A DNA stretch of 64,000 bases from Azolla caroliniana (lineage: Eukaryota > Plantae > Polypodiophyta), in assembly GCA_043228905.1 (NCBI GenBank), contig JBHGNT010000100.1:1-64000 (forward strand), in the 5' to 3' direction. How positions within the stretch are numbered: the first letter of the stretch is position 1; every line of letters begins with the position of its first letter. A program made the position numbers and the translations under genes. Below the pieces are notes generated by a model, which had not been told where the DNA came from, made no database searches, and worked only from the letters and a program-made list of their open reading frames with translations. Shown in pieces: positions 44,101 through 56,900 of this stretch.

Positions 44101-47100
44101 TATCATACCTAGCGTTGCTACCTTCGATTCGCATATTTGAACACAGAAATCTGATATCACACGAGCCAGGTATGAACATTTTAATTTACTCAAGGGCTCT
44201 TCTCAACTCCCTCCTCAAGTTTGCTAATTTCGTCATGTCTCTCGACCTGAGTTTCAAAATCTTGATTTTTGAATTCTATATGATACCTAGCGTTGCTAGG
44301 TTCGATTCGCATATTTGAACACAGAAATCCGATATCACACGAGCCAGGTATGAACATTTTAATTTACTCAAGGGCTCTTCTCAACTCCCTCCTCAAGTTT
44401 GCTAATTTCTTCATATCTCCTGACCTGAGTTTCAAAATATTGATTTTCGAATTCTATATCATAGCTTGCGTTGCTACCTTCGAATCGCATATTTGAACAC
44501 AGAAATCCGATATCACACGAGCCAGGTATGAACATTTTAATTTACTCAAGGGCTCTTCTCAACTCCATCTTCATCTTTGCTAATTTCGTCATGTCTCTCG
44601 ACCTGAGTTTCAAAATCTTGATTTTTGAATTCTATATCATACCTAGCGTTGCTAGCTTCGATTCGCATATTTGAACACAGAAATCCGATATCACACGAGC
44701 CAGGTATGAACATTTTAATTTACTCAAGGGCTCTTCTCAACTCCCTCCTTAAGTTTGCTAATTTCTTCATATCTCCTGACCTGAGTTTCAAAATCTTGAA
44801 TGTTGAATTCTATATCATACCTAGCGTTGCTACCTTCGATTCGCATATTTGAACACAGAAATCTGATATCACACGAGCCAGGTATGAACATTTTAATTTA
44901 CTCAAGGGCTCTTCTCAACTCCCTCCTCAAGTATTCTAATTTCTTCATATCTCCTGACCTGAGTTTCAAAATCTTGATTTTTGAATTCTATATCATAGCT
45001 CGAGTTGCTAGCTTCGATTCGCATATTTGAACTTCAAAATCGGATATCAGACGAGCCAAGTATGAACATTTTAATTTACTCAAGCGCTCTTCTCAACTCC
45101 ATCCTCATCTTTGCTAATTTCCTCATGTCTCTCGACCTGAGTTTCAAAATCTTGATTTTTTAATTCTATATCATAGCTAGCGTTGCTAGCTTCGATTCGC
45201 ATATTTGAACACAGAAATCCGATATCACACGAGCCAGGTATGAACATTTTAATTTACTCAAGGGCTCTTCTCAACTCCCTCCTCAAGATTGCTAATTTCT
45301 TCATATCTCCTGACCTGAGTTTCAAAATCTTGATTTTTGAATTCTATATCATAGCTAGCGTTGCTAGCTTCGATTCGCATATTTGAACACAGAAATCCGA
45401 TATCACACGAACCAGGTATGAACATTTTAATTTACTCAAGGGCTCCTCTCAACTCCATCCTCAAGTTTGCTAATATTATTCATGTGTCTCGACCTGAGTT
45501 TCAAAATCTTGATTTTTGAATTCTATATCATAGCTAGCGTTGCTAGCTTCGATTCGAATATTTGAACACAGAAATCCGATATCACACGAGCCAGGTATGA
45601 ACATTTTAATTTACTCAAGGGCTCTTCTCAACTCCCTCCTTAAGTTTGCTAATTTCTTCATATCTCCTGACCTGAGTTTCAAAATCTTGATTTTTGAATT
45701 CTATATCATAGCTAGCGTTGCAAGCTTCGATTTGTATATTTGAACACAGAAATCCGATATCACACGAGCTAGGTATGAACATTTTAATTTACTCAAGGGC
45801 TCTTCTCAATTCCCTCCTCATCTTTGCTAATTTCGTCATGTCTCTCGACCTGAGTTTCAAAATCTTGATTTTTTAATTCTATATCATAGCTCGCGTTGCT
45901 AGATTCGATTCGAATATTTGAACATAAAAATCCGATATCACACGTGCCAGGTATGAACATTTTAATTTACTTAAGGGCTCTTCTCAACTCCCTCCCCAAG
46001 TTTGCTAATTTCTTCATATCTCCTGACCTGAGTTTCGAAATCTTGATTTTTGAATTCTATAGCATAGCTCGCGTTGCTAGCTTCCATTCGAATATTTTAA
46101 CACAGAAATCCAATATCACACGAGCCAGGTATGAACCTTTTAATTTACTCAAGGGCTCTTCTCAACTCCCTCCATAAGTTTGCTAATTTCTTCATATCTC
46201 CTGACCTGAGTTTCAAAATCTTGATTTTTGAATTCTATATCATAGCTCGCGTTGCTAGCTTCGATTCGAATATTTCAACTTCAAAATCCAATATCACACG
46301 AGCCAGGTATGAACATTTTAATTTACTCAAGGGCTCTTCTCAACTCCCTCCTTAAGTTTGCTAATTTCTTCATATCTCCTGACCTGAGTTTCAAAATATT
46401 GATTTTCGAATTCTATATCATAGCTTGCGTTGCTACCTTCGAATCGCATATTTGAACACAGAAATCCGATATCACACGAGCCAGGTATGAACATTTTAAT
46501 TTACTCAAGGGCTCTTCACAACTCCCTCCTCAAGTTTGCTAATTTCGTCATGTCTCTCGACCTGAGTTTCAAAATCTTGATTTTTGAATTCTATATCATA
46601 CCTAGCGTTGCTAGCTTCGATTCGCATATTTGAACACAGAAATCCGATATCACACGAGCCAGGTATGAACATTTTAATTTACTCAAGGGCTCTTCTCAAC
46701 TCCCTCCTTAAGTTTGCTAATTTCTTCATATCTCCTGACCTGAGTTTCAAAATCTTGATTTTTGAATTCTATATCATAGCTAGCGTTGCTAGCTTCGATT
46801 TGTATATTTGAACACAGAAATCCGATATCACACGAGCTAGGTATGAACATTTTAATTTACTCAAGGGCTCTTCTCAATTCCCTCCTCATCTTTGCTAATT
46901 TCGTCATGTCTCTCGACCTGAGTTTCAAAATCTTGATTTTTGAATTCTATATCATAGCTCGCGTTGCTAGATTCGATTCGAATATTTGAACATAAAAATC
47001 CGATATCACACGTGCCAGGTATGAACATTTTAATTTACTTAAGGGCTCTTCTCAACTCCCTCCCCAGGTTTGCTAATTTCTTCATATCTCCTGACCTGAG

Positions 47101-50100
47101 TTTCAAAATCTTGATTTTTGAATTCTATAGCATAGCTCGCGTTGCTAGCTTCCATTCGAATATTTTAACACAGAAATCCAATATCACACGAGCCAGGTAT
47201 GAACCTTTTAATTTACTCAAGGGCTCTTCTCAACTCCCTCCATAAGTTTGTTAATTTCTTCATATCTCCTGACCTGAGTTTCAAAATCTTGATTTTTGAA
47301 TTCTATATCATAGCTCGCGTTGCTAGCTTCGATTCGAATATTTCAACTTCAAAATCCAATATCACACGAGCCAGGTATGAACATTTTAATTTACTCAAGG
47401 GCTCCTCTCAACTCCATCCTCAAGTTTGCTAATATTATTCATGTGTCTCGACCTGAGTTTCAAAATCTTGATTTTTGAATTCTATATCATAGCTAGCGTT
47501 GCTAGCTTCGATTCGAATATTTGAACACAGAAATCCGATATCACACGAGCCAGGTATGAACATTTTAATTTACTCAAGGGCTCTTCTCAACTCCCTCCTC
47601 AAGTTTGCTGATTTCTTCATATCTCCTGACCTGAGTTTCAAAATCTTGATTTTTGAATTCTATATCATAGCTCGAGTTGCTAGGTTCGATGCGAATATTT
47701 GAACTTCAAAATCCGATATCACACGAGCCAGGTATGAACATTTTAATTTACTCTAGGGCTCCTCTCAACTCCATCCTCAAGTTTGCTAATATTATTCATG
47801 TGTCTCGACCTGAGTTTCAAAATCTTGATTTTGTAATTCTATATCATAGCTAGCGTTGCTAGCTTCGATTCGCATATTTGAACACAGAAATCCGATATCA
47901 CACGAGCCAGGTATGAACATTTTAATTTACTCAAGGGCTCTTCTCAACTCCCTCCTCAAGATTGCTAATTTCTTCATATCTCCTGACCTGAGTTTCAAAA
48001 TCTTGATTTTCTAATTCTATATCATACCTAGCGTTGCTACCTTCGATTCGCATATTTGAACACAGAAATCTGATATCACACGAGCCAGGTATGAACATTT
48101 TAATTTACTCAAGGGCTCTTCTCAACTCCCTCCTCAAGTTTGCTAATTTCGTCATGTCTCTCGACCTGAGTTTCAAAATCTTGATTTTTGAATTCTATAT
48201 GATACCTAGCGTTGCTAGGTTCGATTCGCATATTTGAACACAGAAATCCGATATCACACGAGCCAGGTATGAACATTTTAATTTACTCAAGGGCTCTTCT
48301 CAACTCCCTCCTCAAGTTTGCTAATTTCTTCATATCTCCTGACCTGAGTTTCAAAATATTGATTTTCGAATTCTATATCATAGCTTGCGTTGCTACCTTC
48401 GAATCGCATATTTGAACACAGAAATCCGATATCACACGAGCCAGGTATGAACATTTTAATTTACTCAAGGGCTCTTCTCAACTCCATCTTCATCTTTGCT
48501 AATTTCGTCATGTCTCTCGACCTGAGTTTCAAAATCTTGATTTTTGAATTCTATATCATACCTAGCGTTGCTAGCTTCGATTCGCATATTTGAACACAGA
48601 AATCCGATATCACACGAGCCAGGTATGAACATTTTAATTTACTCAAGGGCTCTTCTCAACTCCCTCCTTAAGTTTGCTAATTTCTTCATATCTCCTGACC
48701 TGAGTTTCAAAATCTTGATTTTTGAATTCTATATCATAGCTAGCGTTGCTAGCTTCGATTTGTATATTTGAACACAGAAATCCGATATCACACGAGCTAG
48801 GTATGAACATTTTAATTTACTCAAGGGCTCTTCTCAATTCCCTCCTCATCTTTGCTAATTTCGTCATGTCTCTCGACCTGAGTTTCAAAATCTTGATTTT
48901 TGAATTCTATATCATAGCTCGCGTTGCTAGATTCGATTCGAATATTTGAACATAAAAATCCGATATCACACGTGCCAGGTATGAACATTTTAATTTACTT
49001 AAGGGCTCTTCTCAACTCCCTCCCCAAGTTTGCTAATTTCTTCATATCTCCTGACCTGAGTTTCAAAATCTTGATTTTTGAATTCTATAGCATAGCTCGC
49101 GTTGCTAGCTTCCATTCGAATATTTTAACACAGAAATCCAATATCACACGAGCCAGGTATGAACCTTTTAATTTACTCAAGGGCTCTTCTCAACTCCCTC
49201 CATAAGTTTGCTAATTTCTTCATATCTCCTGACCTGAGTTTCAAAATCTTGATTTTTGAATTCTATATCATAGCTCGCGTTGCTAGCTTCGATTCGAATA
49301 TTTCAACTTCAAAATCCAATATCACACGAGCCAGGTATGAACATTTTAATTTACTCAAGGGCTCCTCTCAACTCCATCCTCAAGTTTGCTAATATTATTC
49401 ATGTGTCTCGACCTGAGTTTCAAAATCTTGATTTTTGATTTCTATATCATAGCTAGCGTTGCTAGCTTCGATTCGAATATTTGAACACAGAAATCCGATA
49501 TCACACGAGCCAGGTATGAACATTTTAATTTACTCAAGGGCTCTTCTCAACTCCCTCCTCAAATTTGCTAATTTCTTCATATCTCCTGACCTGAGTTTCA
49601 AAATCTTGATTTTTGAATTCTATATCATAGCTCGAGTTGCTAGGTTCGATGCGAATATTTGAACTTCAAAATCCGATATCACACGAGCCAGGTATGAACA
49701 TTTTAATTTACTCTAGGGCTCTTCTCAACTCCCTCCTCAAATTTGCTAATTTCTTCATATCTCCTGACCTGAGTTTCAAAATCTTGATTTTCTAATTCTA
49801 TATCATACCTAGCGTTGCTACCTTCGATTCGCATATTTGAACACAGAAATCTGATATCACACGAGCCAGGTATGAACATTTTAATTTACTCAAGGGCTCA
49901 TCTTAACTCCCTCCTCAAGTTTGCTAATTTCGTCATGTCTCTCGACCTGAGTTTCAAAATCTTGATTTTTGAATTCTATATCATAGCTAGCGTTGCTAGC
50001 TTCGATTCGCATATTTGAACACAGAAATCCGATATCACACGAGCCAGGTATGAACATTTTAATTTACTCAAGGGCTCTTCTCAACTCCCTCCTCAAGTTT

Positions 50101-51061
50101 GCTAATTTCTTCATATCTCCTGACCTGAGTTTCAAAATCTTGATTTTTGAATTCTATATCATAGCTCGAGTTGCTAGCTTCGATTCGAATATTTGAACTT
50201 CAAAATCCGATATCACACGAGCCAGGTATGAACATTTTAATTTACTCAAGGGCTCCTCTCAACTCCATCCTCAAGTTTGCTAATATTATTCATGTGTCTC
50301 GACCTGAGTTTCAAAATCTTGATTTTTGAATTCTATATCATAGCTAGCGTTGCTAGCTTCGATTCGAATATTTGAACACAGAAATCCGATATCACACGAG
50401 CCAGGTATGAACATTTTAATATACTCAAGGGCTCTTCTCAACTCCCTCCTCAAGTTTGCTAATTTCTTCATATCTCCTGACCTGAGTTTCAAAATCTTGA
50501 ATGTTGAATTCTATATCATACCTAGCGTTGCTACCTTCGATTCGCATATTTGAACACAGAAATCTGATATCACACGAGCCAGGTATGAACATTTTAATTT
50601 ACTCAAGGGCTCTTCTCAACTCCCTCCTCAAGTTTTCTAATTTCTTCATATCTCCTGACCTGAGTTTCAAAATCTTGATTTTTGAATTCTATATCATAGC
50701 TCGAGTTGCTAGCTTCGATTCGCATATTTGAACTTCAAAATCCGATATCAGACGAGCCAAGTATGAACATTTTAATTTACTCAAGCGCTCTTCTCAACTC
50801 CATCCTCATCTTTGCTAATTTCCTCATGTCTCTCGACCTGAGTTTCAAAATCGTGATTTTTGAATTCTATATCATAGCTAGCGTTGCTAGCTTCGATTCG
50901 CATATTTGAACACAGAAATCCGATATCACACGAGCCAGGTATGAACATTTTAATTTACTCAAGGGCTCTTCTCAACTCCCTCCTCAAGTTTGCTAATTTC
51001 TTCATATCTCCTGACCTGAGTTTCAAAATCTTGATTTTTGAATTCTATATCATAGCTTGCG
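17151..51061. repeat. Satellite subfamily A, domain A2 (includes 179-bp variant monomers; 6-, 7-, 11-, 19- and 22-monomer duplications)
   Basis: New marker monomers appear: GATTTGTATATTTG (first ~17574), GAACATAAAAATCCGATATCACACGTGCC (first ~17765) and a 179-bp monomer with GCTAATATTATTCATGTGTCTC (first ~18205). The left boundary is approximate. Confidence 0.8.
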
Positions 51062-52330
51062 CGATTCGCATGTTTGAACACAAAAATCCGATATCACACG
51101 AGCCAGGTATGAACATTTTAATTTACTCAAGGGCTTCTCTCAACTCACTCCTCAAATTTGGTAATTTCGTCATGTCTCGCGACCTGAGTTTCAAAATCTT
51201 GATTTTTTAACTCCATATCATAGGTAGCATTGTTAGCTTCGATTCGCATGTTTGAACACAAAAATCCGATATCACACGAGCCAGGTATGAACATTTTAAT
51301 TTAACTCATAGCTCTTCTTAACTCACTCCTCAAATTTGGTAATTTCGTCATGTCTCTCGACCTGAGTTTGAAAATCTTGATTTTTTAATTCCATATCATA
51401 GCTAGCGTTGTTAGCTTCGATTCGCATGTTTGAACACAAAATTCGGATATCACACGAGCCAGGTATGAACATTTTAATTTACTCAAGGGCTTCTCTCAAC
51501 TCACTCCTCAAATTTGGTAATCTCATCATGTCTCTCGACCTGAGTTTGAAAATCTTGATATTTTAATTCCATATCATAGCTAGCGTTGTTAGCTTCTATT
51601 CGCATGTTTGAACACAAAAATCCGATATCACACGAGCCAGGTATGAACATTTTAATTTAACTCATAGCTCTTCTTAACTCACTCCTCAAATTTAGTAATT
51701 TCGTCATGTCTCTCGACCTGAGTTTGAAAATCTTGATTTTTTAATTCTATATCATAGCTAGCGTTGTTAGCTTCGATTCGCATGTTTGAACACAAAAATC
51801 CGATATCACACGAGCCAGGTATGAACATTTTAATTTAACTCATAGCTCTTCTTAACTCACTCCTCAAATTTGGTATTTTCGTCATGTCTCTCGACCTGAG
51901 TTTCAAAATCTTGATTTTCTAATTCTATATCACAGCTAGTGTTGTTAGCTTCGATTCGCTTGTTTGAACACAAAAATCCGATATCACACGAGCCAGGTAT
52001 GAACATTTTAATTTACTCAAGGGCTTCTCTGAACTCACTCCTCAAATTTAGTAATCTCATCATGTCTTCCGACCTGAGTTTCAAAATCTTGATTTTTTAA
52101 TTCCATATCATAGCTAGCGTTGTTAGCTTCGATTCGCATGTTTGAACACAAAAATCCGATATCACACGAGCCAGGTATGAACATTTTAATTTAACTCATA
52201 GCTCTTCTTAACTCACTCCTCAAATTTGGTAATTTCGTCATGCCTCTCGACCTGAGTTTGAAAATCTTGATTTTCTAATTCTATATCACAGCTAGTGTTG
52301 TTAGCTTCGATTCGCTTGTTTGAACACAAA
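51062..52330. repeat. Satellite subfamily B island (~7 monomers)
   Basis: Carries the B diagnostics GTTGTTAGC, GCATGTTTGAACACAAAAATCC, CACTCCTCAAATTTGGTAAT and GGGCTTCTCTC or TAACTCATAGCTCTTCTT. It starts at a 10-bp deletion (51061/51062) and reverts to A within the invariant block at 52330-52381. Confidence 0.92.
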
Positions 52331-53900
52331 AATCCGATATCACACGAGCCAGGTATGAACATTTTAATTTACTCAAGGGCTCTTCTCAACTCCCTCCTCA
52401 AATTTGCTAATTTCTTCATATCTCCTGACCTGAGTTTCAAAATCTTGATTTTTGAATTCTATATCATAGCTCGAGTTGCTAGGTTCGATGCGAATATTTG
52501 AACTTCAAAATCCGATATCACACGAGCCAGGTATGAACATTTTAATTTACTCTAGGGCTCTTCTCAACTCCCTCCTCAAATTTGCTAATTTCTTCATATC
52601 TCCTGACCTGAGTTTCAAAATCTTGATTTTCTAATTCTATATCATACCTAGCGTTGCTACCTTCGATTCGCATATTTGAACACAGAAATCTGATATCACA
52701 CGAGCCAGGTATGAACATTTTAATTTACTCAAGGGCTCATCTTAACTCCCTCCTCAAGTTTGCTAATTTCGTCATGTCTCTCGACCTGAGTTTCAAAATC
52801 TTGATTTTTGAATTCTATATCATAGCTAGCGTTGCTAGCTTCGATTCGCATATTTGAACACAGAAATCCGATATCACACGAGCCAGGTATGAACATTTTA
52901 ATTTACTCAAGGGCTCTTCTCAACTCCCTCCTCAAGTTTGCTAATTTCTTCATATTTCCTGACCTGAGTTTCAAAATCTTGATTTTTGAATTCTATATCA
53001 TAGCTCGAGTTGCTAGCTTCGATTCGAATATTTGAACTTCAAAATCCGATATCACACGAGCCAGGTATGAACATTTTAATTTACTCAAGGGCTCCTCTCA
53101 ACTCCATCCTCAAGTTTGCTAATATTATTCATGTGTCTCGACCTGAGTTTCAAAATCTTGATTTTTGAATTCTATATCATAGCTAGCGTTGCTAGCTTCG
53201 ATTCGAATATTTGAACACAGAAATCCGATATCACACGAGCCAGGTATGAACATTTTAATATACTCAAGGGCTCTTCTCAACTCCCTCCTCAAGTTTGCTA
53301 ATTTCTTCATATCTCCTGACCTGAGTTTCAAAATCTTGAATGTTGAATTCTATATCATACCTAGCGTTGCTACCTTCGATTCGCATATTTGAACACAGAA
53401 ATCTGATATCACACGAGCCAGGTATGAACATTTTAATTTACTCAAGGGCTCTTCTCAACTCCCTCCTCAAGTTTTCTAATTTCTTCATATCTCCTGACCT
53501 GAGTTTCAAAATCTTGATTTTTGAATTCTATATCATAGCTCGAGTTGCTAGCTTCGATTCGCATATTTGAACTTCAAAATCCGATATCAGACGAGCCAAG
53601 TATGAACATTTTAATTTACTCAAGCGCTCTTCTCAACTCCATCCTCATCTTTGCTAATTTCCTCATGTCTCTCGACCTGAGTTTCAAAATCGTGATTTTT
53701 GAATTCTATATCATAGCTAGCGTTGCTAGCTTCGATTCGCATATTTGAACACAGAAATCCGATATCACACGAGCCAGGTATGAACATTTTAATTTACTCA
53801 AGGGCTCTTCTCAACTCCCTCCTCAAGTTTGCTAATTTCTTCATATCTCCTGACCTGAGTTTCAAAATCTTGATTTTTGAATTCTATATCATAGCTTGCG
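52331..53900. repeat. Satellite subfamily A block, duplicate of ~49492-51061
   Basis: Private variants recur at a 2839-bp offset (GGGCTCATCTT at ~49894 and ~52733; AAAATCGTGAT at ~50847 and ~53686; ORFs 49815/52654 and 50884/53723). Confidence 0.92.
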
Positions 53901-56900
53901 CGATTCGCATGTTTGAACACAAAAATCCGATATCACACGAGCCAGGTATGAACATTTTAATTTACTCAAGGGCTTCTCTCAACTCACTCCTCAAATTTGG
54001 TAATTTCGTCATGTCTCGCGACCTGAGTTTCAAAATCTTGATTTTTTAACTCCATATCATAGGTAGCATTGTTAGCTTCGATTCGCATGTTTGAACACAA
54101 AAATCCGATATCACACGAGCCAGGTATGAACATTTTAATTTAACTCATAGCTCTTCTTAACTCACTCCTCAAATTTGGTAATTTCGTCATGTCTCTCGAC
54201 CTGAGTTTGAAAATCTTGATTTTTTAATTCCATATCATAGCTAGCGTTGTTAGCTTCGATTCGCATGTTTGAACACAAAATTCGGATATCACACGAGCCA
54301 GGTATGAACATTTTAATTTACTCAAGGGCTTCTCTCAACTCACTCCTCAAATTTGGTAATCTCATCATGTCTCTCGACCTGAGTTTGAAAATCTTGATAT
54401 TTTAATTCCATATCATAGCTAGCGTTGTTAGCTTCGATTCGCATGTTTGAACACAAAAATCCGATATCACACGAGCCAGGTATGAACATTTTAATTTAAC
54501 TCATAGCTCTTCTTAACTCACTCCTCAAATTTAGTAATTTCGTCATGTCTCTCGACCTGAGTTTGAAAATCTTGATTTTTTAATTCTATATCATAGCTAG
54601 CGTTGTTAGCTTCGATTCGCATGTTTGAACACAAAAATCCGATATCACACGAGCCAGGTATGAACATTTTAATTTAACTCATAGCTCTTCTTAACTCACT
54701 CCTCAAATTTAGTAATTTCGTCATGTCTCTCGACCTGAGTTTGAAAATCTTGATTTTTTAATTCTATATCATAGCTAGCGTTGTTAGCTTCGATTCGCAT
54801 GTTTGAACACAAAAATCCGATATCACACGAGCCAGGTATGAACATTTTAATTTAACTCATAGCTCTTCTTAACTCACTCCTCAAATTTGGTATTTTCGTC
54901 ATGTCTCTCGACCTGAGTTTCAAAATCTTGATTTTCTAATTCTAAATCACAGCTAGTGTTGTTAGCTTCGATTCGCTTGTTTGAACACAAAAATCCGATA
55001 TCACACGAGCCAGGTATGAACATTTTAATTTACTCAAGGGCTTCTCTGAACTCACTCCTCAAATTTAGTAATCTCATCATGTCTCTCGACCTGAGTTTGA
55101 AAATCTTGATTTTTTAATTCCATATCATAGCTAGCGTTGTTAGCTTCGATTCGCATGTTTGAACACAAAATTCGGATATCACACGAGCCAGGTATGAACA
55201 TTTTAATTTACTCAAGGGCTTCTCTCAACTCACTCCTCAAATTTGGTAATCTCATCATGTCTCTCGACCTGAGTTTGAAAATCTTGATATTTTAATTCCA
55301 TATCATAGCTAGCGTTGTTAGCTTCGATTCGCATGTTTGAACACAAAAATCCGATATCACACGAGCCAGGTATGAACATTTTAATTTAACTCATAGCTCT
55401 TCTTAACTCACTCCTCAAATTTAGTAATTTCGTCATGTCTCTCGACCTGAGTTTGAAAATCTTGATTTTTTAATTCTATATCATAGCTAGCGTTGTTAGC
55501 TTCGATTCGCATGTTTGAACACAAAAATCCGATATCACACGAGCCAGGTATGAACATTTTAATTTAACTCATAGCTCTTCTTAACTCACTCCTCAAATTT
55601 GGTATTTTCGTCATGTCTCTCGACCTGAGTTTCAAAATCTTGATTTTCTAATTCTAAATCACAGCTAGTGTTGTTAGCTTCGATTCGCTTGTTTGAACAC
55701 AAAAATCCGATATCACACGAGCCAGGTATGAACATTTTAATTTACTCAAGGGCTTCTCTGAACTCACTCCTCAAATTTAGTAATCTCATCATGTCTTTCG
55801 ACCTGAGTTTCAAAATCTTGATTTTTTAATTCCATATCATAGCTAGCGTTGTTAGCTTCGATTCGCATGTTTGAACACAAAAATCCGATATCACACGAGC
55901 CAGGTATGAACATTTTAATTTAACTCATAGCTCTTCTTAACTCACTCCTCAAATTTGGTAATTTCGTCATGCCTCTCGACCTGAGTTTGAAAATCTTGAT
56001 TTTTTAATTCCATATCATAGCTAGCGTTGTTAGCTTCGATTCGCATGTTTGAACACAAAAATCCGATATCACACGAGCCAGGTATGAACATTTTAATTTA
56101 CTCAAGGGCTTCTCTCAACTCACTCCTCAAATTTGGTAATTTCGTCATATCTCGCGACCTGAGTTTCAAAATCTTGATTTTTTAACTCCATATCATAGCT
56201 AGCATTGTTAGCTTCGATTCGCATGTTTGAACACAAAAATCCGATATCACACGAGCCAGGTATGAACATTTTAATTTAACTCATAGCTCTTCTTAACTCA
56301 CTCCTCAAATTTGGTAATCTCATCATGTCTCTCGACCTGAGTTTAAAAATCTTGATTTTTTAATTCCATATCATAGCTAGCGTTTTTAGCTTCGATTCGC
56401 ATGTTTGAACACAAAAATCCGATATCACACGAGCCAGGTATGAACATTTTAATTTACTCAAGGGCTTCTCTCAACTCACTCCTCAAATTTGGTAATCTCA
56501 TCATGTCTCTCGACTTGAGTTTGAAAATCTTGATTTTTTAATTCCATATCATAGCTAGCGTTGTTAGCTTCGATTCGCATGTTTGAACACAACAATCCGA
56601 TCTCACACGAGCCAGGTATGAACATTTTAATTTACTCAAGGGCTTCTCTGAAATCACTCCTCAAATTTGGTAATCTCATCATGTCTTTCGACCTGAGTTT
56701 CAAAATCTTGATTTTTTAATTCCATATCATAGCTAGCGTTGTTAGCTTCGATTCGCATGTTTGAACACAAAAATCCGATATCACACGAGCCAGGTATGAA
56801 CATTTTAATTTAACTCATAGCTCTTCTTAACTCACTCCACAAATTTGGTAATTTCGTCATGTCTCTCGACCTGAGTTTGAAAATCTTGATTTTTTAATTC

